NCBI RefSeq assembly: GCF_001644705.1
Contig: NZ_CP015137.1
Coordinates: 3,930,001 to 3,962,000 of the forward strand
DNA: 32,000 bases
Direction of reading: 5' to 3'
From: Dickeya solani IPO 2222
GTDB taxonomy: Bacteria > Pseudomonadota > Gammaproteobacteria > Enterobacterales > Enterobacteriaceae
Position numbers and translations under genes: made by a program. The notes under the pieces were generated by a model that saw nothing but the letters and a program-made list of their open reading frames with translations, made no database searches and was not told the DNA's origin. Positions 16,401-24,450 of the stretch are shown here, one piece after another. The first letter of the stretch is position 1. Each line of letters opens with the position of its first letter.

Positions 16401-16886
16401 TTATGGGAACAGCCGGGACAGATCCGCGTGCATGGCTGCGGCGATCAATCGAAAATCGTGCTCGCTGATGGAGAACAGTCCAAAGCGCAACGCGTAGCCC
16501 CAATTCGTCCGGCCGGCGGTGAAATCAAGCTGGTTCAGCAGCGGCCGGATGGCTGTTTCCACGCTATCCGCCCAGTCGACGTCGCGGCGATGCGGCACGA
16601 AGCCGTCCCCCATGTCGAAACGGTAAGGCTCGCCGCAGTTGATGATGCCGATGGCGGTGAAGCGCTGGTAGCGTTCCTTCCCTTTGAACGTCTGGTTGGG
16701 GGAGTAATAGGCGAACCCGTCGCCGGGCCTGGCGCGTTTCAGGGCGCTGAGCTTGCCGTGGCAGACCTGGATGTAGCCCCCGTCGAGCGCGTACCGGACG
16801 TGTTCGGCGGAAACCACGCCGACCCAGTAGCGGCGCGGCTGGTGCTGGTCATGGGGAGATAGCGTGAATGGTGGATGGGATAACAT
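16401..16886 (-). CDS. EVE-domain (PUA-like fold) protein
   Basis: The start is moved to ATG 16886, with GAAGGA 6 nt upstream. The product is 161 aa. The sequence YWVGVVSAEHVRYALDGGYIQVCHGKLSALKRARPGDGFAYYSP...FVPHRRDVDW...NWGYALRFGLFSISEHDFRLIAAAM matches the widespread ~150-aa family annotated as EVE domain-containing. This assignment is from memory and was not searched. Confidence 0.7.
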   Translation of the reverse strand: MLSHPPFTLSPHDQHQPRRYWVGVVSAEHVRYALDGGYIQVCHGKLSALKRARPGDGFAYYSPNQTFKGKERYQRFTAIGIINCGEPYRFDMGDGFVPHRRDVDWADSVETAIRPLLNQLDFTAGRTNWGYALRFGLFSISEHDFRLIAAAMHADLSRLFP

Positions 16887-17011
16887 GGCGTTTCCTTCTC
16901 GGTTGGGTACCCGAGAAGATACACGCGACCGCTGACAGATCGTGTCAGCAGTGGTGGTCATCCGGTCTTTTGGGCCGCGATTGCGGTTCGCGCCCTCTCT
17001 TGTGCGGCGCG

Positions 17012-18424
17012 CTACTGAATAGTGCGGTTGCGCCCCTCGCGCTTGGCGGTGTAGAGATTTTTGTCCGCCAGCGGAAACAACTGGTGCACCGTGTCCACCA
17101 GATGTTTGCCCTGCGTCGGCGCATGCGCGATGCCGATACTGACGGTGACGGGCACCGGCTGCTGGTTGAACATAAACGCGGTCTGCTGGATGGCCTGACG
17201 TAGCCCATCGGCCAGCCGATAAAACGCTGACGGGGTGTGGTTGAAGCAGACCACGGCGAACTCTTCTCCACCGATGCGGCTGACCAGCCCCTGTGTGGGA
17301 ATGGTCTGTTTGATCACCGTCGCCACTTGACGCAAGATTTCATCGCCGCAGTCGTGCCCGAAGCTGTCGTTGATGTTTTTGAAATGGTCGATGTCGATCA
17401 GCATGATGTTGACCGAGTTCTGCCTTGATTTAACGCTCTGGTCCTGTGCCGTCAGCGCTTCGGTAAAGCCGTAGCGCGACAGCGTTTCGGTTAGAAAGTC
17501 ATGGCTGGCCTGTTGCAGCAGACGGGCGTTCAACAGGCGGATGGTGCGGGCGTTGGTCGCCATCATCAGCGGGCTGAAAATGGTCGCGGCGATACCGATG
17601 CGGGCGATGGTGACTTGATGCATAAACAGCGGGTCTTGCGAACCGTACAGCGCGTAAACATGTTCCGCCGTCAGAATCAGCTCGGCGGACCCGATACACA
17701 ACGTGATCAACCGAATCAGCCACAACGGATAGACGATGGCGCACCAGGTCAGCGCCGGTAACGGAAACGCCAGAATGGCGACCGGGCCAAGCAACGGGGC
17801 CACGCAGATCGACAGCAGCAACAGCAACAACGGCAGCGCGTCCGGCAGCCGCAGCGCCGGGAAACGCAAGGGGATTTGGCTGCGCAGGGTCAACAGCAGC
17901 GGCAGAAACAGCACTGCGGTGTAGAACTGATCGCTGAACCAGTTGAGAAAGTTGCTGCGAAACAGCGCCGCCGGAAAACGGGGCCAGGGTTGCTGCGCCA
18001 GCGCGCCGACGATGCCGCAGGCCAGTGCCGCTATCATGCAGGCGGCGAAGATATACAGCGAACTGATCATGTCGGTTTCCCGGCGAGCAAGGAAACCGGG
18101 CCAGTTGAGCAACTGGGTAAGGACGACAATAAACGCGATATTGGCGGAATTGATGGTAAACGCGGTCAGTCCCCAGCCGTAAAACAGCGAGTCTTGCAGG
18201 ATCATCGCGGCGTAGGATACGGCGTAATACCAGGGATTGTTCAGATACCGGCAGCGGTAAAACAGCGCGGCGACGATAATGTTCACCGGCCAGAATACGG
18301 ACAGATCAAGGTCGGAAAGTCGGGCGTGCGCACCGATATTGCAGCCTACCAGCGTCACCATGAAGACGTTCAGACTATTCAACCCGGTGCTGCCGTTTTT
18401 AAATAAAGCCAAATTCAGATGCAT
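17012..18424 (-). CDS. Diguanylate cyclase: N-terminal multi-pass membrane sensor domain (MASE-like) plus GGDEF domain
   Basis: 470 aa. About 290 N-terminal residues form repeated hydrophobic helices. The C-terminal GGDEF domain contains MLIDIDHFKNINDSFGHDCGDEILRQV...SRIGGEEFAVV...LYTAKREGRNR. The GGEEF active site is intact. Confidence 0.9.
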   Translation of the reverse strand: MHLNLALFKNGSTGLNSLNVFMVTLVGCNIGAHARLSDLDLSVFWPVNIIVAALFYRCRYLNNPWYYAVSYAAMILQDSLFYGWGLTAFTINSANIAFIVVLTQLLNWPGFLARRETDMISSLYIFAACMIAALACGIVGALAQQPWPRFPAALFRSNFLNWFSDQFYTAVLFLPLLLTLRSQIPLRFPALRLPDALPLLLLLLSICVAPLLGPVAILAFPLPALTWCAIVYPLWLIRLITLCIGSAELILTAEHVYALYGSQDPLFMHQVTIARIGIAATIFSPLMMATNARTIRLLNARLLQQASHDFLTETLSRYGFTEALTAQDQSVKSRQNSVNIMLIDIDHFKNINDSFGHDCGDEILRQVATVIKQTIPTQGLVSRIGGEEFAVVCFNHTPSAFYRLADGLRQAIQQTAFMFNQQPVPVTVSIGIAHAPTQGKHLVDTVHQLFPLADKNLYTAKREGRNRTIQ

Positions 18425-18922
18425 GCCGTCAATCCACTTTCAGGTGTTATAGCCTTCCCCTGGCGCTATGTCGCTGTCGGCCTTTGCTGCGCTTTGGCAG
18501 CAGCGGGTCACGCGTAGAGCCGGTATGATACATCGTTATAGATAAAAGGTATGAAAAAAGCCTGTTTAGCGTTGTTTCTCTTCTATTATTCTATTTCTGA
18601 CAATCCGTTACGAGCAAGAAGACGACTATGAGGTAGTGTGTCCTTTTGTTATTCCGGTGCAGAATGATACCCGGCTGTCAGGGCAACCGCGTGACAACCG
18701 TGTGACAACGGCGGGGAGAGCGCGCAACAGGCGTCGGGGCCATCAGTGTCAGGGCGGGCCAGGCATGTCGGAACCGCTAAACCCAGTCCGGCGCTGGCCT
18801 GCTCCCGGTCGCATCGGTATGTGTGGCGATGTGATAAAAAAGGACGGTCGGGATAGGGGATGGCAGGGAAGATATGGCGTGGATTATCGCTTCAACGGGC
18901 ATCCGGGTGTATCGCCGATAGG

Positions 18923-18978
18923 CGTCGCACTATGATCGTCGCATTATGACCGTCGCACTATGACCGTCACACTATGAT
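18923..18978. repeat. 4 x 14-bp head-to-tail tandem repeat (consensus CGTCGCACTATGAC)
   Basis: Read directly from the sequence: cgtcgcactatgat / cgtcgcattatgac / cgtcgcactatgac / cgtcacactatgat. The array is non-coding and lies about 500 bp upstream of the diguanylate cyclase start. Confidence 0.85.
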
Positions 18979-19123
18979 TACGGATCGCTGTACTACGCCC
19001 GCCGTACGGTTTGATGGTTTTCAAGCGTGTCACCGTGATACCGGGCATTAACTTTTGCTCACATTAATTGTTCCGGCAATAAACACACCGTAATGATAAT
19101 CATCAGGTCGCCAGCGGTCCGGC

Positions 19124-19168
19124 TGACGACTTGTTTCTGATGACGACTTGTTTCTGATGACTACTTGT
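19124..19168. repeat. 2.6 x 17-bp tandem repeat (TGACGACTTGTTTCTGA)
   Basis: Read directly from the sequence: two perfect copies (19124-19140 and 19141-19157) plus a partial third copy, tgactacttgt. The array lies about 110 bp downstream of the ABC permease stop. Confidence 0.85.
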
Positions 19169-19279
19169 GCAGCCCAGAGGCGCGCCTGTGGCACAACCGT
19201 TGAACCATACCCAACCAGTAAATAGACCATACCACCGCGGCACATATGCAGCAAAAGACGTCCGAAGGCATGACACGTG

Positions 19280-20866
19280 TCAGTGGACGCGCCAGGCGGT
19301 CAGACGCCGTTCCGCCAGCGTGATGAGCCGATAAAACAGCGTGCTGACCAAGGCTATCAGCAGCACGCCGGCGATCACCCGTTCCGACTGGAACAGTTGT
19401 TGGGCGCGGATCATCATGCTGCCAACGCCGTCGCCGGAGGAGATGAAGTATTCCGCGCCGATGGCGCCGACCCAGGCGTGCATCAGCGACAACCGTAGCC
19501 CGGAAAATAGCGCAGGCAGCATCGCAGGCAGCACCAGCCACCGCAGCCGCTGTCGTGCGCTGAGGCGCAACACGCGCGCGGTTTCCAGCAGCGACGGCGG
19601 CAGATGGCGAACGCCCTGATAGCTAGCCAGCAGCGCCGGGAAAAACGCCGCCAGCGCGATGAACACCACTTTGGCGCTCTCTTCCAGCCCGAACCAGGCG
19701 GTGAGCAGCGGCAACCAGGCGAACAGCGCGACGCTGCGCAGGGCGGAGAGCAGCGGCGTCAGCAGACGATCGGCCACACGGCTGCGACCCAGCAGGCCGC
19801 CCAGCAGGCAACCCAGACCGGCTCCCAGCGCGAACCCCGCCAGCGTGCGGGACAGGCTGGCGCTCAGCGCGGAGGTCAGTTCCCCGCTGCCCAATCCGGC
19901 CAGCAGGGCGGTCACCACCTCACGAGGCGCAGGCAGAAACGCGGCATGCACCCATTGCCGATCCGTGGCAAGTTGCCAGAGCAGGCACAATAGCGCGGGC
20001 AGGATCCAGCCCGCCAGCGCGTGCCAGGCGGCGTGCGGCGTCGGGCTTTCGTGACTCAGCACCGGCGCGGGCCAGAAAATCCAGCGCCGTTCCAGCCGTT
20101 GCAGCGCCTGCTCGCCCGCCAGACCGAACGCGCCAATCACCAGAATGCACACCAACACCAGATCCAGCATAAACAGCTGGCGGCTTTGCACCATCAGGTA
20201 ACCCAGCCCTTCGCTGGACGCCAGCAATTCCACCGCGATCAACGACACCCAGCCTTGCGAGAACGCCAGTCGCGTGCCGGTCATCACGTACGGCAGCATG
20301 GCGGGGATCACCAGCCGACGCAGCCGGGTCGGCCAGGGCAGGCGCAGCGTGCGCGCCATCTCGTAGAGTGTCTGCGGCGTCTGGCGGATGCCGGCGCAGG
20401 TACACAGCGTGACCGGCACCGTCACCGCCTTGATCAGCACCACCAGTTTCAGCGCTTCGCCGATACCCAGCGCCAGCATCAACAGCGGGATCCAGGCCAG
20501 CGTCGGGATTTGCGCCAGCACGTTGAACAGCGGCATGCCGAGCCGGTCCAGCGTGCGACTAAGGCCGAACAGCACGCCGAGCGTCAGACCGAGCGCAATA
20601 CCGCCAGCCAGCCCGATCGCCAGCCGGGCAAGGCTAACCAGCAACTGGGGCGCCAGCTCCTGGGGAATGAAGTCGCGGGCGCTGTCCGCCACCGTGGCGG
20701 GGGAAGGCAGAATTTGTTCCGACATCCAGTCGTAATGGCTGGTTAACCACCAGCCGCACACCAGCAGCAGCGGCATCAGCAGTGCGCTGCACGCCGCCGA
20801 TAGCGGGGCGAACGACCACGGGCGCGGCGGGTTCAGCGTCAGTTTGGGCATCATCGACATCATCAT
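19280..20866 (-). CDS. Fused tandem ABC-transporter permease (two SsuC/TauC/NrtB-type transmembrane domains in one chain)
   Basis: 528 aa with an obvious internal duplication. Half 1 contains ...LYEMARTLRLPWPTRLRRLVIPAMLPYVMTGTRLAFSQGWVSLIAVELL.... Half 2 contains ...LLETARVLRLSARQRLRWLVLPAMLPALFSGLRLSLMHAWVGAIGAEYF.... These are two EAA-loop regions. The start lies 12 bp after the exbD stop. Confidence 0.85.
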   Translation of the reverse strand: MMMSMMPKLTLNPPRPWSFAPLSAACSALLMPLLLVCGWWLTSHYDWMSEQILPSPATVADSARDFIPQELAPQLLVSLARLAIGLAGGIALGLTLGVLFGLSRTLDRLGMPLFNVLAQIPTLAWIPLLMLALGIGEALKLVVLIKAVTVPVTLCTCAGIRQTPQTLYEMARTLRLPWPTRLRRLVIPAMLPYVMTGTRLAFSQGWVSLIAVELLASSEGLGYLMVQSRQLFMLDLVLVCILVIGAFGLAGEQALQRLERRWIFWPAPVLSHESPTPHAAWHALAGWILPALLCLLWQLATDRQWVHAAFLPAPREVVTALLAGLGSGELTSALSASLSRTLAGFALGAGLGCLLGGLLGRSRVADRLLTPLLSALRSVALFAWLPLLTAWFGLEESAKVVFIALAAFFPALLASYQGVRHLPPSLLETARVLRLSARQRLRWLVLPAMLPALFSGLRLSLMHAWVGAIGAEYFISSGDGVGSMMIRAQQLFQSERVIAGVLLIALVSTLFYRLITLAERRLTAWRVH

Positions 20867-20878
20867 GGCGCGCCCGGG

Positions 20879-21280
20879 TCACTTACGGGTTAGCAGCGAC
20901 AAACGGGTGATGCCCGCTTGTTCCAGATCGACCAGCAGCGCGGCCACCGCGCCATAATTAGCGGCGTCTTCCGCCTGCACCTGCACCACCAGCTCCGGAT
21001 TGGCCGCTTTAGCCTGTTGCAGGCGCGCCGTTAGCGCCTCGCGGGGCAGGGCTTCTTTGTCGATAAACAACTGCTGCGACGCATCAAGGCTGATCACCAG
21101 CGGACGCGGCGAATCGGCCGGCGCCACCGCCGCCGTTTTGGGCAGGCGAATCGGGATACTGTTGGTCAGCATCGGCGCGGTGACGATAAACACCACCAGC
21201 AGCACCAGCATCACGTCCACCAGCGGGGTGATGTTCATTTCGCTCATCACCTCGTCATTGTCGCGGGAAGCAAACGCCAT
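20879..21280 (-). CDS. exbD: ExbD/TolR-family Ton-system protein
   Basis: 133 aa. The sequence MSEMNITPLVDVMLVLLVVFIVTAP is the canonical ExbD N-terminal TM segment, including the conserved Asp. The start lies 2 bp after the exbB stop. Confidence 0.9.
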   Translation of the reverse strand: MAFASRDNDEVMSEMNITPLVDVMLVLLVVFIVTAPMLTNSIPIRLPKTAAVAPADSPRPLVISLDASQQLFIDKEALPREALTARLQQAKAANPELVVQVQAEDAANYGAVAALLVDLEQAGITRLSLLTRK

Positions 21281-21282
21281 GA

Positions 21283-21981
21283 TTACACCACCTCCCGGAT
21301 CGTCTGCACCGCATACGGCGCGGCCGGTTGCTCGGTGGCAAGGTGGAACTCCTGCGCCTGCGCCACGCTATAAATGTCATGGGCAAAGTCGTCCATGTCG
21401 GCCACTTCCAGCTTCAGTTGGCGCAGAAAATAGTTGTAAATCAGCACCGCGGGCACGGCCACCGCGATGCCGATGCCGGTGGCGATCAACGCATTGCCGA
21501 TAGGACCGGCGACGGTGTCCAGGCTGGCGGAGCCCGATTGGCCGATCGTCTGCAACGCCGCCATGATGCCCCACACGGTGCCAAACAGGCCGATGAACGG
21601 CGACGTGGTGCCGATGCTGGCCAGCAACGCCAGGCCGTTTTCCAGCGAGCGGCGCTCGCGCTGGATTTGCTGCTGCAACGCCCGTTCTACCCGGTCTTGC
21701 AGATGCGCGGTCGGCGTGATGCGGTCTTTCACCCGTTCCAGCGTCAGCTGTGTGGCGCGCGCCAGGTTCGCCAGCGCGCCGGGATGGGCGACATCGCGCA
21801 GCGCCGCGTCGATGTTTTCCTGCTGCCAGAACAGTTGGCGGAACTGCTGATTACGCCGCCGCTGGCGGGCGTACTGCGCCAGCTTGAGCAGCCCGATGGA
21901 CCAGGTGACGAGCGAGAAAAACAGCAACAACAGGATTACGCCCCCTTCCGGGGACAGCAGAGTGATATGTTCGAGCGTCAT
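21283..21981 (-). CDS. exbB: MotA/TolQ/ExbB proton-channel protein
   Basis: 232 aa with three TM helices. The family signature is LASIGTTSPFIGLFGTVWGIM...GPIGNALIATGIGIAVAVPAVLIYNYF. Confidence 0.9.
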   Translation of the reverse strand: MTLEHITLLSPEGGVILLLLFFSLVTWSIGLLKLAQYARQRRRNQQFRQLFWQQENIDAALRDVAHPGALANLARATQLTLERVKDRITPTAHLQDRVERALQQQIQRERRSLENGLALLASIGTTSPFIGLFGTVWGIMAALQTIGQSGSASLDTVAGPIGNALIATGIGIAVAVPAVLIYNYFLRQLKLEVADMDDFAHDIYSVAQAQEFHLATEQPAAPYAVQTIREVV

Positions 21982-21994
21982 AATAGGGATGCCT

Positions 21995-22843
21995 CTATGA
22001 GTTCAGGGTGAAATCGACAGGAACCACGACCCAGCCGCTTTCCGGCTGGTCGCCCCGGCGGGCCGGTACGAACGACCAGTGCTGTACCGCCTCGCGGGCG
22101 GCGTCGTCCAACGTTGGGTATCCGCTGGAGCGTTGCAGACGAATGGTTTGCACTTTGCCGTCAGGCCGCACCTGGACATTGAGCAACACCGTGCCTTCCC
22201 AGCCGCGGTTAATCGCCACATCCGGGTAAGCGGGTGGTGGGTTGCGCAGATAGGCGGCGCTGGCGGAAGGCGGCGTCACCGGTGCGGCTGCCGTCGGCGG
22301 TGCGGCGGGGGCGGTCGCAGCGGTATTGACCGGCGTAGTCTGAGGCGCTACCGGCTGGCGCGGCGTCGCCGGTTTTTTCGCTATCGGTTTGACCGGTTTG
22401 GGCATCTTCACCTGCGCGGTTTCATGGACGCGCGTTGGTTGCGGCGGCGTCAGCGCCTGCTCATCCACCGGCGGTTCGACAGCAGGCGGCGGTTCCGGCG
22501 GCATGGTTTGGGACGGTATTGCTTCGGATGGTATTGCTTCGGACGGTATTACTTCAGCCGGCGTAGCCTCAGCCGGTGCGGCGGCGAATTCGATGATTAC
22601 CGGCAACGGGCGCGGCGGCACCAGCGTCGGCGACGACGGACGCAGCGCCAGCGGCGCCAGTACTGCGGCGTGCAGCACCAGCGCCAGCGTGAGGGTGAGC
22701 CAGGTTTCCGACCGTCGCCCGGACAAGGCGGCCGGCCAGACCGGCGCAATAGCGCGTGCGGCAGCCGGTCGGGTAGACGCGCCGCTGCCCGATGTGTCCG
22801 GCCAGTTGACGCTGGCAGCCCCGGCGTACAGGGGATGAGTCAT
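21995..22843 (-). CDS. tonB: TonB-family energy transducer
   Basis: The track ORF begins at a TTG (22861). ATG 22843 (MTHPLYAG...) lies 10 nt after GAGGAG and is preferred. There is a single TM helix with a His (LTLALVLHAAVLAPL). A long Pro/Ala-rich spacer follows. The C-terminal TonB domain is AAYLRNPPPAYPDVAINRGWEGTVLLNVQVRPDGKV...GYPTLDDAAREAV. Confidence 0.85.
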   Translation of the reverse strand: MTHPLYAGAASVNWPDTSGSGASTRPAAARAIAPVWPAALSGRRSETWLTLTLALVLHAAVLAPLALRPSSPTLVPPRPLPVIIEFAAAPAEATPAEVIPSEAIPSEAIPSQTMPPEPPPAVEPPVDEQALTPPQPTRVHETAQVKMPKPVKPIAKKPATPRQPVAPQTTPVNTAATAPAAPPTAAAPVTPPSASAAYLRNPPPAYPDVAINRGWEGTVLLNVQVRPDGKVQTIRLQRSSGYPTLDDAAREAVQHWSFVPARRGDQPESGWVVVPVDFTLNS

Positions 22844-23220
22844 GATGGCGTTACTCCTCAAGAAAGCTGGCGCAGCGAATATCCGCGTGGCTGAGCATCG
22901 GTTGGATCGGGTTTTAGCGAAAATACCGGACCATAAAATAGATAACGATTGACCAGGAAAGATAAATAACGGTTTTGTCGATTCTTAATCATTTGCTTTT
23001 GATGTCAAATGCCATATCTCGCTATCAATATGCTGTCTTTTATCAATTGAATCGGCTGAAATTTCTGTGGCGTCAGCCGTTATTTATTATATTCCCCCCG
23101 GTCAGATGGCATTTACCCTAATCGTCGGCGGGAAAAAAAGGCTAATGCATCATCGGTATAGTTTTTTTGCGTTTGCTGCATGAGGCGGGCAACGCCGATA
23201 TTTCCTGTTTTAGTTAATTC

Positions 23221-23245
23221 ATAAAAATACAAATGCCATTTTTAT
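23221..23245. promoter_or_regulatory. Interrupted dyad ATAAAAAT-N9-ATTTTTAT enclosing the AAATGCCAT motif (candidate LysR-type regulator site)
   Basis: Read directly from the sequence: an 8-bp perfect inverted repeat with a 9-bp spacer, about 100 bp upstream of the binding-protein ATG. The shape fits the T-N11-A style of LysR boxes. The assignment of the binder is inference. Confidence 0.35.
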
Positions 23246-23346
23246 ATTAGCCAGTTTATTCCCCACCCTTTAAATGTTGCCGGAGCAAACACAACGATAG
23301 GTCCGCACAATCCGATCCGATGATGACTTTTCACGCTGGGGGAAAT

Positions 23347-24360
23347 ATGAAGCAAATGGGAAAACACTGGCTACTGTCCGGCCTGCTGGCCTTAACGGCG
23401 TTGTGGCACGTGGGAGCACAGGCGACCAGCGCTACCGAGATTCGTATTGCGGTGTCGGATATCGGCGCCGGTTCTCAACCGAGCGGCGGCGGGCTGGTTG
23501 ATCTGATTTTCAGTCAGAAACGGCTGGAACGGGAGTTCGCCCGCGACGGCATTAGCGTTCGCTGGCTGTTTATCAAAGGCGCCGGACCGGTGATTAACGA
23601 AGGCTTCGCCAACCATCAGATCGATATGGCGTATCTGGGCGATTTGGCCAGCATCATCGGCCGTTCGCGTGGGTTGGACTCGGTGGTGATTGGCGCGGCG
23701 GCGCGCGGGGTTAATCATTATCTGGCGGTGTCCCGCGGTTCGCCGATCCACCGGCTGGAGGATTTGAAAGGCAAGCGGGTGGGGCTGTTTCGCGGCACCG
23801 CGGCGGAACTGTCGTTCGTCACCGCGCTGCGCTCCCGCGGGCTGAGCGAGTCCGACATGAAAATCATTAATCTGGACTTCGCGGCCGCCAGCGCCGCGTT
23901 GGCCGCCGGTCAGATTGACGCCACCTGGGGCGGCAGCAACGCGCTGGCGCTGCGCGATAAAGGGCTGGCGGATATCGCGGTATCAACCCGTGATTTGCAG
24001 GGGGCGGGCCAGTTAACCGGGCTGATCCTGGTCGACGGCAATTTCGCCCGCCAGAATCAGGATGTGTTGGCGCGTATTATCAAGATGCAGAAAGAGGCCT
24101 CCACGTGGGCCAGCCAACCTGCCAATCGGGATAATTATATTCAGCTGCTGGCGACGCAATCCGGTTATCCGGAAAAATTTCTGCGCGAAGATTTGGACGG
24201 TATGCCGCCGTTATCCCAATTATTATCGCCGGAGTTGGACCCCGCGTTTGTCGCTATTCTCAAACAGTCCGTTGCGCTGGCGTATGAGGCGAAATTAATC
24301 CGTAAATCCTTTTCGGTGGAGGAATGGCTTGATAGCCAATTTTTAAAACATCAGCGCTGA
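23347..24360 (+). CDS. Periplasmic ABC substrate-binding protein, SsuA/TauA/NMT1 (sulfonate/sulfate-ester/nitrate) family
   Basis: The start is moved to ATG 23347, giving the signal peptide MKQMGKHWLLSGLLALTALWHVGAQA. The product is 337 aa. It has a two-lobe type-II SBP pattern (EIRIAV..., DMAYLGD..., LKGKRVGLFRGTAAE...). It is divergent from the operon that contains the matching permease family. Confidence 0.8.
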   Translation: MKQMGKHWLLSGLLALTALWHVGAQATSATEIRIAVSDIGAGSQPSGGGLVDLIFSQKRLEREFARDGISVRWLFIKGAGPVINEGFANHQIDMAYLGDLASIIGRSRGLDSVVIGAAARGVNHYLAVSRGSPIHRLEDLKGKRVGLFRGTAAELSFVTALRSRGLSESDMKIINLDFAAASAALAAGQIDATWGGSNALALRDKGLADIAVSTRDLQGAGQLTGLILVDGNFARQNQDVLARIIKMQKEASTWASQPANRDNYIQLLATQSGYPEKFLREDLDGMPPLSQLLSPELDPAFVAILKQSVALAYEAKLIRKSFSVEEWLDSQFLKHQR

Positions 24361-24450
24361 TTTGTCTTTTATTCATTATTTATTCTCTCCGCCTTATTTA
24401 TTGTCGCGTGGGCGCGGCAAGGGCGGCTTTATTTAAAAACTGGGGTGGAT

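Noticed and set aside
18551-18631. 26-aa plus-strand mini-ORF MKKACLALFLFYYSISDNPLRARRRL in the cyclase upstream region.
   Set aside because: It is signal-peptide-like at first glance. However, the AAGG element is only 1 nt from the ATG, the peptide is too short for a lipoprotein, and it lies in an AT-rich promoter region of the opposite-strand gene.
18923-19168. The tandem repeat arrays, considered as a possible CRISPR array.
   Set aside because: The units are directly abutting with no spacers, are only 14-17 bp long, and no cas genes are present.
18636-19254. ORFs 18636..18935 (99 aa, plus strand) and 19048..19254 (68 aa, minus strand) in the repeat-rich spacer. They were examined as possible remnants of the missing ABC ATPase.
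   Set aside because: No Walker A (GxxGxGKS/T), Q-loop, LSGGQ or Walker B-like strings appear in any frame I translated. The second ORF is partly encoded by the 17-bp tandem repeat.
19161-19271. 36-aa hydrophobic mini-ORF (MPSDVFCCICAAVVWSIYWLGMVQRLCHRRASGLHK) starting 8 nt after the permease stop on the minus strand.
   Set aside because: It has an attractive single-TM profile with a basic tail. However, no Shine-Dalgarno sequence precedes the ATG and I cannot test conservation. It is kept as a note only and would need ribosome profiling or comparative evidence.
20021-22894. Plus-strand ORFs 20021..20746 (241 aa), 21328..22011 (227 aa) and 22079..22894 (271 aa).
   Set aside because: They are antisense to the permease, exbB and tonB respectively. 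They are extremely Arg/Gln/His-rich and have no family resemblance.
22935-23000. Possible Fur boxes (gataacgattgac at 22941-22953; gattcttaatcatttgc at 22980-22996) upstream of tonB.
   Set aside because: The best alignment to GATAATGATAATCATTATC is only about 11/19. That is too weak to call iron regulation from sequence alone.
23085-23135. A possible TPP (THI-box) riboswitch, considered because NMT1/ThiY-family binding proteins can belong to thiamine-precursor transporters. The minus strand reads GGGTAAATGCCATCTGACCGGGGGGA.
   Set aside because: There is only a partial resemblance to the GGATAATGCCAGCG segment. No CTGAGA element or P1 pairing partners are present, and the surrounding sequence is AT-rich promoter DNA.
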